Source: Octopus sinensis
Taxonomy: Eukaryota
Direction: 5' to 3'
DNA length: 64,000 nucleotides
Assembly (NCBI RefSeq): GCF_006345805.1
Contig: NC_043004.1
Location: forward strand, 1,116,001 to 1,180,000
The first letter of the stretch is position 1. The number at the start of each line of letters is the position of its first letter. The notes below the pieces were generated by a model. That model saw only the letters and a program-made list of their open reading frames with translations, made no database searches and was not told the origin of the DNA. This document shows positions 39,131-52,440 of the stretch, piece by piece. The translations under genes were made by a program, and so were the position numbers.

Positions 39131-39532
39131 ACACACATACACACATATACATACTATTTATATATATATAGTGAAGGTGCATGGCTTAGTGGTTAAGGTG
39201 TTGCAATCACAATTTCGAGATCGTGGGTTCGATTCCCAAACCGGGCGTTGCCATGTGTTCTTGAGCAAAGCACTTCATTTCGCGTTGCTCTGCGATCATT
39301 TCAACATCTGACATATGGCATCTGTTGCACCTGTACAGGTAATGTTGATCTGATGGAGGGAGTGAACATATGTCTACATAAACATTTGATCACTATAAAC
39401 AAATCACGTGTGATTGTTCGGTAAGAAATTGTCGAACCTTCATACGTCATCTAAAGACGGGATAGTCCATTACACACACACACAACACACACACACACAC
39501 ACACACCCACACACACACACACACACACACAC

Positions 39533-39572
<40 letters not shown>

Positions 39573-39699
39573 TATTGTCCTTAGTTGTGAGTGCCTAACA
39601 AAGGCATAAGTGTATCAAGCCAAGGTATTATCTATAGATGATAATAATAAATATTGAGTATTACTTTGCATTAGTGCAAATACATTCAAAAACAGGTAC

Positions 39700-39962
39700 A
39701 TCCAACATAACCACTCATTCAAATTCAGAAAGAAAATTCTTCTTTATTGATCAAGTATATATGAGTATGAAAGAGAATGGTATCAACAATAGCAAAATAC
39801 AATTCAGGTAAATCTCGTTCCCTTAATGGGAAAAAGCTGAAAGAAAGTAATCATCAAAGAAAAAAGATTAAATCTCACATAGCTAGCTCAATACAAAAAG
39901 AAAAATTGTATTGGTATGAGCAAAGGAAGTCTTAAGAACCGTTTCATCAACTATAAATCCAC

Positions 39963-39965
<3 letters not shown>
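39700..39965 (+). mobile_element. Possible Penelope-like GIY-YIG endonuclease fragment
   Basis: 'CIGMSKGSLKNRFINYKST' resembles the PLE motif YIG.TEG.FK.RY.NHK.S; heavily decayed. Confidence 0.4.
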
Positions 39966-40030
<65 letters not shown>

Positions 40031-40830
40031 TATATATATACTTATTTACACACATATATGCAGACATGCGTACTTTAAACTGAACATCTTTGATATATAT
40101 TCTTAGAAGTTAAATCTTTCGGAAATTTGAAGATGGAAATTTTGAGAAAATATTTTGTCCCGTTGTAATTTTGCTGAATATTTTATTTTTGTATCTATTT
40201 TTGTATCTATTTTTGGTTACTGTGGAACTAAGAACTCCTTTATTGTAAAATTGTAAAGATTTGGGGATTATCCTAATAGAACTAAATGATTATATATTAT
40301 ATAGAAAATAAAACAACAGCAGTAAATTGCTTTATGTGTACAAATTTCTTGTCGTTGTTTGTTGTTTTGTTGATAGAGGTGAACAATACCAACATTAGAC
40401 ACATACGCGCACACGTACACACTCACGTAAATGTATCTTATTTTTTTCTCGAGTTCTACGGCTTGTAAAGTCGGTTGCCTGGTTTCTATGGTGTAAAAGT
40501 AATGGTTATCACAACATTGCCCCTGAAGGGGACGGCGTTCCATTGTAGACTCCAAGGGCAACAATTTTGAGGTAAGGGCATAAATCGATTGCATCTACTC
40601 CAGTTTTTCACTGGTACTTTATCTTATCGGTCTTTGTACCGATGCTTTATTACATCGGCCCTGGAGTGATGAAAAGTAATGTTGATCTCGGTGAGATTTG
40701 AACTCAGAACGTAAAGAACCGGAAGAATGCTGCTACACATTCTGTCCGATGTGCTAACAATTCTTCCGGCTCGTCGCTTTATATATGCATATAAAAAAAA
40801 TGATCAAAAGTCCTTTCCGGACTAAAGGCA

Positions 40831-41295
40831 TGTAGTGATGCTATTTTGGAAGTTTTCAGTGCGCATGCGCAGAGTTGGATTACTTCCGGTAGGCTGCCGG
40901 AAGTTCCCTCATGCGCATGCGCAGAGAACTACCAACAGAAAGATTTCCCGCTAGATCTGTCTTTTTTGGAAGCTGCAGCCGAATCGAGTGGACACGACTC
41001 AAGGTTCTCTCAAGAAAAACCAACACGTAGAGAAGCCCCCTTCAACGCGGGAACGGAGACAGCCTTTTGGCTCACACAAGTTAACGACTGTGAATAGTTT
41101 TATGGCTTTGGCTACCGATTCGCCCTGAAGAAAATATATGTGTATATAATTTTATTTGCGAATCCAGAATAAATAAAATATTATTTATTGCTGTTGAAGA
41201 TAGTCGAAGTTTTGGTTTTCCTTTCGACATAGTTGAATGTAACAGGATAAGACCGGCCCCCTTCAAGTGTTCCAGAGACAGTCATCCCTGTTACA
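40831..41295 (+). mobile_element. Solo LTR (Gypsy-like), copy 1
   Basis: TGTAGT...TGTTACA termini, 4-bp TSD ggca/ggca, AATAAA near 41171; homologous to 56491-57301. Confidence 0.8.
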
Positions 41296-41679
41296 GGCAC
41301 ATAAAGCCGGCTTCCCGGTGGCTGCGACCTGTATATTCCTTTCTGGATAGGACGCCGGTTCATCGCAGAATTACTCGTTTTTACCACCTGAGTGAACTGG
41401 AATAACAAGAGATGAAGGTTTTGTCCAAGAATACAACACATCGCTCCGTTCAGAAATCGAAACCACAATCTCACGATCATAGTTGCAACACCTTAACCAC
41501 AAAGCCATACGCCTCCACATATGTGCACATACATATATCTGTCAATTGGAAGGTGGACGGTGTTCTATATTCATCTGATTAAAGTGTCATTCAATCGAGC
41601 ATTCAGTCGACTCGGCTCTAGAAATTGAAAAGAAAAATGATTAATAACAATTTAGATTATGTGTGACTTCCTATGTAAA

Positions 41680-42285
41680 TAATAATAATAATGAAATTAT
41701 TGTATACAGTGCTCAGGTGCACCACAACTTGTCAAAAGTGCGTATAAATCATATGCAGTAATATACAAATGTCTGGGAAGTGAACAGTGTATGAGTTAGA
41801 TACATGTTCACGTGTGTATGGAGGGGAGAAAATCAGGTGTAGGGTTGGCGAATCTCAGGAAGCATGGAAGTTTTGAAGGATGCAGTGCTCCGACAACTAA
41901 CGTCTGATGCCGGCAGTTTGTTCCATGCTTCAGCAACTCTTAGCGTGAAAAAATGCTTCCGAAAGTCATGAGAACTGTGCTGTTTTCTGACTTTGTAAAC
42001 ATGTCCACGGATGGAGTTTGAAAAGGTGCTCAGAGTTATTGTTTGTAAGATGGTTAATAATTTTATGGGTGTCTGCCAAGTCAGCTGCCAGACGTCGGAG
42101 TTTCAATGTATCCATACACAGGGAAGTAAGGCGTTCAGAATATCGCAAATGCCTGATGGAGGGTATTCTTTTGGTTGCACGTCGCTGAACAGTTTCCAGA
42201 CAATTAATACATCCTCCAAATGTAAGATGGGGCTTTTACAGGGCAGCTCCGCTTGCTAGAAACAGAAAGCGAATTCCTTTTAAAT
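41680..42285 (-). mobile_element. CR1-like LINE 3' fragment
   Basis: LETVQRRATKRIP..RYSERLTSL.MDTLKLRRLAADL..GHVYKV..RKHFFTLRVAEAWNKLP. Confidence 0.85.
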
Positions 42286-43552
42286 CATACACTACCGACT
42301 TAAAAAGAGTGTGCAGAATAACACAGCGTGGGTGTATACTGTTACATAGACGATATTTTTAAGCCAACGGGAATTGAAATCCTGTCGTCCAGATCTAGTG
42401 ATACAGAAATTAAACACAATGCTGTCCACCGCTGAAATCACAACTGGTTGACCGTCGCGGTTTCGAACATCTGTGATGACTGGAGGTGGTTCATTTTCGC
42501 CCTTAATGCTGTACATTCACTGGTTAAACATGGTCAACACTTCCCAGGTGAACGGCGACAGTTTCCGTCAATTTAATTCTTTCATAAGCCACTGGTCGAC
42601 CCAGGGCTACAGGGGAAGACACTTTTCCAATATGCCGCGCAGTTGGACGGAACCCAAAGCCAATTTATTTCAAAGCGTTCTTCTTAACCACACAGCCATG
42701 CTACAAACAAAATGATTGAACTATTGACTATTGTTATATGCGCTTTGAAGGCGGTGAGCTGGCAGAATCGTTAGCACGCCGGGCGAAATGCTTAGCGGTA
42801 TTTCGTCTGCCGTTACGTTCTGAGTTCGAATTCCGCCGAAGTCGACTTTGCCTGTCATCCTTTCGGGGTCGATAAATTAAGTACCAGTTGTGCGCTGGGG
42901 TCGATGTAATCGACTTGATCCCTTTGTTTGTCCCCTTGTGGGTAATAAAGAAATATATTATATGCGCTTTGTAAGAAATGCATACGTTTAGAAATTTGAA
43001 ATGATGCAAGGGACATAACTACGTAACAAAACTTTAGAGTTATCTCCCTTGCAATTTTACGTTTTTTTTTTTCAACTTTGTATAGTGTCTTTTTACTGTT
43101 TTGCACATGAAATAAGTGCAGGGAGTTCAATGGATCGAACTCACCCCGTAAATTATTAACCAACATCATTTATTTAATCTCTTCTGTTGAAATGGTTGCG
43201 AGGAACATCGTGATTCTATGAATACCGATTGCAATGGAACATACAGCATTTGTCAAACGTTAATGCCTTTCGCTCCATGCACACACACACACACGTGTAT
43301 ATATTCTTCATCTTTTAATTGTTTCAGTCAATTGACTGTATCTATACTTGCATATATGTTTGTGTGTGTGCGTACGCGTGTATGTATGTATGTATGTATC
43401 CATACATACATACATACGTCTTTTGCCTTTCTTCTTTTAGTTGTTTCGGTTACTAGACTGGGACCATGCTGGAGCAACATCTCAAAGAAGTGGGCACAAC
43501 TGCAAAACAAGCTGGAAAAAGTTGTACTCAAACACCAAAGATTGATATATAT

Positions 43553-43601
<49 letters not shown>

Positions 43602-44064
43602 TAAAGCTAAAAGAAAAAATCTTCACAAGCTGTTACACAAAATTTCACGTGACCGTTCGTCAGAAAGTTGTATATATATGTGTGTGTATACATATATATA
43701 TAAAATTTCTGCTTTTCTCTTTTTCACCTCTTTTGTTTTGTCTCTGTTTCATTCTCGCTCCTTGAAGAGATTACAGCCGTTTTACATTTTCCTTCGTGTG
43801 ATAAATTCAGAGTAGAATAAATTATGTTTACATGTCTGCACTAATATGCATGCTACACATTATACGATACAATTGTACGTTTAGAAATCAATACAGATAA
43901 AGAAAGCCAGCTCATCAGATCACCAGAACATCATGGTTACACCCACGATTCAACACTGGAATTATTATTACATGTAAGCCTAAGGATGGCAAGTGGTTCA
44001 ATAAATGTATTCACGTCTCATGGCTGGCTCCTGACTTTTTGTGGTATATAAATATATATTTATA

Positions 44065-44830
44065 TACGAGGTATGATCAATAAGTGTCTGGACTGTTGCC
44101 ATAATAATGAAGCTAAAGTACAGAGTGACAGATTGACCTTGAAGTCTGCTGCGCATGCGCACCAAATTTTAACATTCTAGCTCACTTTCGCTGTTTACAG
44201 CAGTGCATGGAAGGCACATGTATAGCGTGTGATCGTCGTATTGACCATGACAGAAAAAGTTGTCGTGGTGATACCTGCTCAGAGGTCTACACAAAGTTAC
44301 AGAAAGCGTATGGAGAGGAGTGTATGAGCCGCACACAAGTGTACGAGTGGTTCAGACGTTTCCAAGATGGCCAAAAAAAAAATGTCGATAGTGATGAACG
44401 TTCTGGGAGACCAGTAACCAACAGAACTGAGAAAAACATCGCAGATGTGCGTGCAGCTGCGAGGGGAAATCGTCTAATCAGCATCCGCGAGTTATCAGAG
44501 GATGTTCATATTAGTTACGGTTCAGTTCAGTCCATTATCACTAAAGATTTGGGTGTGAGACATGTGCCTACCAAGTTTGTGGCAAAACTGCTTCCAGCTA
44601 AACGAAAAGACATTCGGGTTTCAGTTGCACAAGATCTCTTTGATTGTATCGAGAACGATGAAACGTTTTTGAAAACTTTGCGTAGGCCTCTGAGCAGGTA
44701 TCGCCAAACTTTTGGCAAAATTTGATGCAGATTCTCTGCTCAACTTTTTCTGTCGTGGTCAATGCGACGATTGCACGCTATACCACGTCCCTTCCAAGCT
44801 CTGTAGTAAACTGCAGAAGTGAGCTAGAAT
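44065..44830 (+). mobile_element. Mariner derivative: 5' TIR, N-terminal HTH of transposase, 3' end replaced by an inverted copy of the 5' region
   Basis: TACGAGG start; EVYTKLQKAYGEECMSRTQVYEWFRRFQDG..DERSGRP; 44174-44284 is mirrored at 44688-44830. Confidence 0.8.
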
Positions 44831-47439
44831 ATATAAATATATATATATCTTAACACTGTACATGTGATGATGTAATAATGCTGTTATTTTATATACTACG
44901 GTATGCTTCAAAATACTTCAAAGAAATGCAGAGAAGGGAAGAGAGAGTGAGTGAGAGAGAGAGAGGTAGTTGTTTTTTTTATTGCCCTCAGGGGGCTAAA
45001 CATAGAGGGGACAAACAAAGGGATGGATTAAATCGATGCCAGTGCGTAACTGGTACTTAATTTATCGACCCCGAAAGGATGAAAGGCAAAGTCGACCTCG
45101 GCGGAATTTGAACTCAGAACATAAAGACAAGACGAAATACTGCTAAGCATTTCGCCCGGCGTGCTAACGTTTTTGCCAGCTCGTCGCCTTGTACCTTATA
45201 GAGAGAGGTTGTGGTTTGGAAGTATTATGTAGATAAATGTCAGCAAAGGGAGGTAATACCCTCGATTCCAGTATTGTCGTCGTCCCGTTTACACAAGGGT
45301 TTACGTAATAATTCTATTATTGACACACGTTATGATAGCCTGAAAGGAAATCTTTGCCAACTTAATGCTTACACATGGAAACAGTGAATCCGTGTGTTGC
45401 TGAAGCATTTGACAAAATCATTAAAGAGTTGTTAGGCCGGGATTGTCAAAGGATTTTTTTTTTATCAACTTTCTTCTGTGACATTAATCTCCTTCAGTGT
45501 TTAGCTATTAATTTAGATCTTGTCACAATCAACCAGTGAGACTGACTGCACGTTTTCAACCACAGATTAATAGCAAATAAATGTCCTTGTATATTAGGGA
45601 GTCAAAATCCCCATCTGTCTGTATCAACATTTTTTTTGCTGTCAAATTTTTTAAAAAATCATTAAAACCCACCTTCTGCAGAACCAAACTCCTCCTCCTC
45701 GTCGTTTAACGTCCGTTTTCCATGCTGGTATGGGTTGGACGGTTTGACTGAGGTCTGGAGAGTCAGCAGCTGCACCACAAACTTTATTTTATAGGCCTAC
45801 AGTATTCATAACATTTCAGGAGGTGCAGCCTCCTGGCATCCCAGACCCCGGTCGAACCGTCCAACCCATGCTTGCATGGAAAACGGACGTTAAACGATGA
45901 TGATGATGCAATATTTTTATATTTCCAGACTTTTTATATCCGTTTTTGACCCCCATGCTTGCATGCAAAGGGCGTTTTTTTTTGTTTTATATATATTATT
46001 ATTGACCTATTTACTATTTTTATTTTTTAACCTCCTACCAACTTGTCCAAGTCAGCCAAGATGCCAAAGTGTTGAATCTGATTTCTTATGCAATCTCTTA
46101 AAATTTTCTTTTGTAATCTTTACTTATTGTAATAAAAAAAAAAAAAAAATTCAATGTAAATTGGATTAATAAATTTATTTATTCTTTTACTTGTTTCAGT
46201 CATTTGACTGCAGCCATGCTGGAACAGCGCCTTTAGTTGAGCAAACTGACCCCAGGACTTATTCTATCGATCTCTTTTGCTGAATTGCTAAGTTACAGGG
46301 ACATAAACACACCAGCATTGGTTGTCAAGCAATGTTGGGGGGATAAACACAGACACACAAACATATACACACATACATATATATATATATATATACACGA
46401 TGGGCTTCTTTCAGTTTCTGTCTACCGAATCCACTCACAAGGTTTTGGTCGGCCTGAGGCTATAACAGGAGACACTTATTATTTATTATTTGTAACTCCG
46501 CTTTCAATGCTGGGCTTGGTCTGAGCATTTTGATGGGATCCAATGGGTTAGAGGACGTTTTTCCTAATGCCAACCATATTTCTAGCACTTGTGAGGTGTC
46601 TTGTAACTTACAAGACGAAAGAGATCCCATGATCAGGAGGAGAAATATGAGATACAGTAGCTGTATTATGGGAGGTGTTAGGAATTTAATGGATGATGGG
46701 TGGAGTAGAGACAGGTTTGTTATGGAGGAGATTCATAGCTACCTCACATTTTATATGGCTAGATTGGAGTGGCTGGAAGGATGCCAAAAAAGTGGTAAAT
46801 ATGGGGGGAATAGCTGTTAGGACAAACCCTTAAGGTGATAGGTGCCAGAAGGTGAATAGGAAGGAGTATGGAGACAGGGGAATGAGGAGGGGTGGGGTAA
46901 GACTGTGAGAGAGAGAGTAAGGTATGGATAGAAACGTGGTGTGGAGGCAGTCGGATGTATATAGAAGGTGGATGTGATGAATGAGCAAGGGTGGAGGTGA
47001 CTGATGACAAATATGAGTGGTGGGGATGATAATGATGGATGTCTATTAGCTGGAAATAGAAAAGAGGAGAAGGTGTTGTGGTTGACAATATAAAAACCAA
47101 TGATTTGGTTTGGGATAAAGTAACAAGTTTTACTTTCAATACTTACAACAGCAGGAAAATATAGTAGATAGGAGAGTGATGAAGGGATGAATGGTAAAAA
47201 AACAAAAGATGGGGGTTAAAGGTGTCACAAGTAGAGGGAGGGTGAGAAACAGTTACGAAGAAGGGTGTGGGCAGTTAAATGGTAAGAACAAAAAATGGAA
47301 AGTGACTCAGGGGTGGAACCCATTTGTCTGGGTGGGAGAAGCAGCATTCATAGAGCTAGTTGTGTGCATACAAATTGTCAATTAAAAACCTCAATCACAC
47401 TGTGCTGGCATAGCTGGGTGGGGCTTATCAAGTATTGTG

Positions 47440-47700
47440 TATAAGCAATATTTAAGAAAAAGTGGAAGTGGATTGGTAGCACAATTAGAAAAGACACACC
47501 AAATGTAGCGAAAAGTGCTTTACAGTGGAAACCGGATGGATATAGAAGGAGAGGTAGACCTAAAAACTCGTGGTGGAGATCAACACAAAAAGAACTAGAG
47601 AAAGGGGGACATTCATGGCAGAGTATAAGTACAGAAGCCAAAAATTATGCGACAAGGAATTCAACTATAAGTGGCCTATACTCCGCGTTGGAGGGTTAAA
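47440..47700 (+). mobile_element. RTE-like LINE C-terminal fragment
   Basis: KWKWIGSTIRK..AKSALQWKPDGYRRRGRPKNSW matches the RTE C-terminal WIGH.LR..W.P.G.R.RGRP pattern. Confidence 0.7.
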
Positions 47701-48348
47701 GGCATAAAGTGGAAAAAGTGGAAGTATAAGCAAGCATCTCCTCTGTGATGTTTACCATCCTGAGATCAATCCTCAATGCCTCAGCTTGTCTTTCTGAGTC
47801 TCCTTCTTCCTTATAAATTAATGTACAAAGTCATCCTATTGTTTATCTTTACTTCACTGCATGGTTATAACCTTCCAGGTGGTGCTATTAAGTTAGACAT
47901 GGCTTTGGCCAATACTGGTCAAAACCTATGTAATTATTATAATACCTCATCGTTAGTATGAAACAATGTCAACAGAATACATAGCTGCAAAGTAAACATT
48001 TGGTGAAGATTAGTTTTGGAGGAATGAAACTTCCATGGGTAATGGTTGAGTCAGCACAGGTTAAGTTAGAAGTTACATACAGAATGATGACTGCAAAATA
48101 ATTTAATAGTAAACTTTATTGAAAATTTTCATGAAATTCATGACATTTCCAAGGAGTGATAGGGTAAAAATTAAGGATACTTGGCTTCATCACAAAAATG
48201 AGAAAATATATACAATAGATATGTCCAACCCACATCTGCATATAGGATGGGCATTAAAACATTGATAAGCAGGCTTCACACATTTTTCTGCCAAATTTCC
48301 ATATATATATAGTTGAATGTCACATGGACACAAACAAATTAACATTTA

Positions 48349-48570
48349 TACAAGGGAGTGCTGAAAAGTTCCTGGTTTTGGGTAAAAGAAAATACAAGAA
48401 GATCAGTTAATTATGATTTTATTCAACATATTCCCCTCTCAGATTCACACACTTATTGCAGCGATCTTTCAGTTTTTTTTGAGCCCTGTAAAAGAACTCA
48501 GAAGGGTAGGCCTTCAACCAGGCCTTTTGTGATACCCTTAAAGCCGTTAACTTTTTGGCACTCCCTCGTA
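48349..48570. mobile_element. Mariner-type MITE
   Basis: TIRs tacaagggagtgctgaaaagtt / aactttttggcactccctcgta. Confidence 0.75.
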
Positions 48571-49766
48571 TTAACAATCAAGTCATGAAGGAATCATATT
48601 ATAAATAAAAGAAATGATAAAATTAGATATTTTTTTACCAACAATAGAATTACTCTCTTATTGATATTGATATATATATATATATATATATATAAAATAC
48701 AAAATGGGACAAGAACGCAAAACATCCAAATAGACGATACAAAAAACACAGACGGGTCATTCGAAGCCTTTAATCTTCAGTCAAGAACCGGATCATCCTC
48801 GCAATTTTGGCTGATTAATCTTGAGATTGCTCCAATCTGGCCAGCCCCAAGGAAAAACTAAGCTAAGAGCATTAGATTCCTTGCAAAAAGGATCGAATGT
48901 ATACGAAACAAGGACAGAAAAACAGACGATGTTACACGAATATAAATACAAAAAAAAAAATAATACGAATATAAATACGACATATATATATATAGAATAA
49001 AATTTAAACCACAACATAAATGAAACATATGTATATCCTATGTGATATGATAAAACATTTCATGCTATGATCCAAGTATACTTTTATAATTGTAGAGCGA
49101 TGTTGCCACTGATCTCTGCGAATACATTTCTCATGAATTTACCAACAATGTGAAATCACAATTGACTTTCTTCCTTCAACATATCTGTTTGATGGAATAT
49201 GGATGAGTATTGAGGAAAAACTTTATCAAATGCATCAGAGTGCTAAGTTATTTCACCAATGACAATATACTTGGGTTCTTTAAAACATAGTGTTGTCAGG
49301 TTGTTATCACACTATCTTCTTTCATGCCTAAAGACATTTAGGGTTATATATGATATTTTTCTTATAAAATGAATTTTGATGTCTATGGTGAATACAGTGC
49401 AGGAGTGTGTAATAGTTTTTGCTGATGAAATTAATTTTTTTTCCTTTCATCTCCAACAAGAAAATGAAAAAAGAATTTATTCCTGTAATATTAGGAATGA
49501 AAAAGCATTTTAAGTTATTACATTGGTTTATTCTCCTCCCAACATCAATGATTCAATACTGACATTCATAAACACTTTCTTATGTCAACTACACTTACTG
49601 TACATTGAGAATATTACTAGTTTATACCACAGGAAAGAACTAATATTCATAAAATTATTAGTTATACTGAGAAGAAAAAGGGAAATTAATTTGCTTGATA
49701 AAAACTGAGTTTTGACATAGATACAGTTAATACATGCCTAGCTAAGTTGCCTTTGATTTCATCTTG

Positions 49767-49860
49767 AGCAAATGTACTTGTGTCTAGTTAAGATATATCC
49801 ACAAGAGAGTATTTTGCCACAGACATCACAGAGATGTGCTTGGTCTCCTGTATGAACATA
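49767..49860 (-). pseudogene. Orphaned degenerate C2H2 finger downstream of the ZNF ORF
   Basis: YVHTGDQAHLCDVCGKILSCGYILTRHKYIC, separated from the ORF by a repeat insertion. Confidence 0.7.
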
Positions 49861-49874
49861 ATAATCCTGTGCAG

Positions 49875-50127
49875 GTGGCACATAAAAAACACCATTTTCG
49901 AGTGTGGCTGTTGCCAGTACCACCAGACAGGCCCTCGTGCCGGTGGCACGTTAAAATCACCCACTACACTCTCGGAGTGGTTGGCATTAGGAAGGGCATC
50001 CAGCTGTAGAAACTCTGCCAGATCAAGACTGGAGCCTGGCGTAGCCATCTGGTTCGCCAGTCCTCAGTCAAATCGTCCAACCCATGCTAAGCATGGAAAG
50101 CAGATGTTAAACGATGATGATGATGAC
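49875..50127 (+). mobile_element. Retroposon 3' end with (GAT)n tail (family D)
   Basis: 'ttaggaagggcatccagctgtagaaactctgcc..ccaacccatgctagcatggaaagcggacgttaaacgatgatg'; other copies at 51562-51706 and an inverted pair at ~45690-45910. Confidence 0.7.
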
Positions 50128-50140
50128 AATGACACATCTT

Positions 50141-51403
50141 CTAACCTGTATGAATACGTATGTGATGACTTAATTTACTTTTGTCTGAGAATGACTTACC
50201 ACAAATACTACAGTTATGAGGTTTTTCACCTGTGTGAATAAGTTTGTGTCTGGTTAAATGACTTCCACAAGAGAATGATTTACCACAGATATTGCAATGG
50301 TAGGGTTTCTCTCCTGTGTGAATACGTTTGTGAATAGCAGCCTCACTACTTCCTGAGAAGGATTTACCACAGATATCACAGTGATATGGTTTCTCTCCTG
50401 TATGAATACGTTTGTGAATCGTTAATTCACTATTTCCAGCGAACAATCTACCACAGATATCACAATGATATGGTTTCTCACCAGTATGAATACGTTTGTG
50501 CTTAGTTAGGACACTTCCAGAAGAGAATGCTTTATTACAAATCTCACAGTGGTATGGCCTCTCTCCTGTATGAATCCGTTTGTGAACAGTTACTTCGCTG
50601 CTTCCAGAGAAAGATTTGCCACAGATATTGCAGTGGTAGGGTTTCTCACCTGTATGAACACGTATATGATTAGTCAACTTATCTCCATCAGAGAAAGATT
50701 TACCACAAATATCACAGTGATATGGTTTCTCTCCTGTATGCATACGTTTGTGTCTGGTTATGTGATTTCTTTGAGAGAATGATTTGCCACAAATATCACA
50801 GTGATACGGCTTTTCTCCGGTATGAACACGTTTGTGTACAGTTAAATCACTACTCCCAGAGAATGATTTACCACAAATATCACATGGATACGGCTTCTCC
50901 CCTGTATGAATACGTTTGTGTGAAGTTAATTGTCCATTATCAGAGAACGATTTACCACAGATATCACAGTGATATGGCTTCTCACCCGTGTGAATACGTT
51001 TGTGTTTAGTTAAATGGTGATTTAGAGAGAATGATTTGCTACAGACATCGCAGTTATAGGGTTTCAATCCTCTGTGAATACGTTCATGCACAGTCAGGTT
51101 ACTTTTAACAGAATATGACTTTTGACAAACGTTGCACTGGTAAGGCCTTTCTCCTGTATGAATGCGTCCATGCCTGGTTAAGCTACCTTTCCCAGAGAAT
51201 GCTTTACCACATATATCACAGTAATACGGTTTCTCTCCTGTATGGATACGCTGGTGTCTAGTTAAGCTACTTTTCCCAGAGAATGATTTACCACAAATTT
51301 CACAGTGATTTAGTTTTTCATTTGTCTGAATGCATTTATGAGAAGTCAAGTAACTACTCTTAGGGAATGATTTACTACAAATATCACAGCAATATGGTTC
51401 CAT
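50141..51403 (-). CDS. C2H2 zinc-finger protein, 15 tandem fingers (14 canonical), 420 aa, no effector domain visible
   Basis: Uninterrupted ORF of 28-aa C-x2-C-x12-H-x3-H units with TGEKPY linkers; stop in the final linker (GAG>TAG). Confidence 0.9.
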   Translation of the reverse strand: MEPYCCDICSKSFPKSSYLTSHKCIQTNEKLNHCEICGKSFSGKSSLTRHQRIHTGEKPYYCDICGKAFSGKGSLTRHGRIHTGERPYQCNVCQKSYSVKSNLTVHERIHRGLKPYNCDVCSKSFSLNHHLTKHKRIHTGEKPYHCDICGKSFSDNGQLTSHKRIHTGEKPYPCDICGKSFSGSSDLTVHKRVHTGEKPYHCDICGKSFSQRNHITRHKRMHTGEKPYHCDICGKSFSDGDKLTNHIRVHTGEKPYHCNICGKSFSGSSEVTVHKRIHTGERPYHCEICNKAFSSGSVLTKHKRIHTGEKPYHCDICGRLFAGNSELTIHKRIHTGEKPYHCDICGKSFSGSSEAAIHKRIHTGEKPYHCNICGKSFSCGSHLTRHKLIHTGEKPHNCSICGKSFSDKSKLSHHIRIHTG

Positions 51404-51561
51404 TTTATATGAATTTGTCTAGATAAGGTATCTACAAATATCACAACAATAAAGTTTATCTCCTCTATGAATATGTTTCAGTCTAGTTAAACGATTTTTT
51501 GAAGGAATGATTTATCACATGCAATGGTTTCTCTCCTGTATCAACATATTTGTGTATAACC

Positions 51562-51706
51562 TGGCGTTAGGAAGGGCATCCAGCTGTAGAAACTCTGCCA
51601 GATCAAGACTGAGGCCTGTTGCAGCCATCTGGTTCGCCAGCCCTCAGTCAAAATCGTCCAACCCATGCTAGCATGGAAAGCGGACGTTAAACGATGATGA
51701 TGATGA
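51562..51706 (+). mobile_element. Retroposon family D 3' fragment upstream of the ZNF ORF
   Basis: Near-identical to 49980-50127. Confidence 0.75.
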
Positions 51707-52440
51707 AGTTTGCAGTTCCAGATAAAGATTTACGCCGGATATAGGTTCGGTTCTGTATGAAGAGCTGCCGTTTTTTTCTTTTTTCTTTGAAAGAAAAACT
51801 TTTTACAGATACCACAGTATATCTTCAGTGAAACTCAATCCATTAAGTTTCTCACATAATTTCCGTTATTTTATTCCCTCACCACAAAACAAGGATATCT
51901 GTCTTGGTCTGGTTTCCATGTATTCCTATGTTGATGGGAAAATATCTACTGTTATCAATACAGCAGTGATAATTACAAATATCTGAAGATTGTCGCAAAA
52001 CTATTTTTGAAGTTTCCCGGTTCCAGTCGTTTGCGATTCAACCGGAATTTAACTCGAAGACAAGACATTAAAAACCAACGCACAAAAAAAACGAAACACA
52101 CAAAGAATATGGAAGTTGTGTTCCTCTTCGATTGTTTACTAAACTTTTCATGTATAGACAATGCCTCTGTTAACAATAGCTGATATTTACTTCATAGAAT
52201 CTCAATTTAAGTTCATTTTTGGAATTGAAGTAAAATTTTCAGAATTCCGAAGCAGCAAACAGAAGGTGCATTTGAATTGTTAATAAAATTCTCATATTCT
52301 TCTCGCAGCATAAGAACAGAAACTAAGTTCCCAATATTGTTGGTCGCCGAGAATTACTAAACGACTGGAATGGTTCGCATAAATAATTCCTTTATTTACA
52401 CACATTATAACAGTCTTGAATCAATTCTTTGTCAACTTAC

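Noticed and set aside
40846-41097. 83-aa GC-rich ORF and apparent stand-alone housekeeping promoter
   Set aside because: It lies inside a TG...CA element with a 4-bp TSD and a second copy, so it is explained as a solo LTR rather than a host gene.
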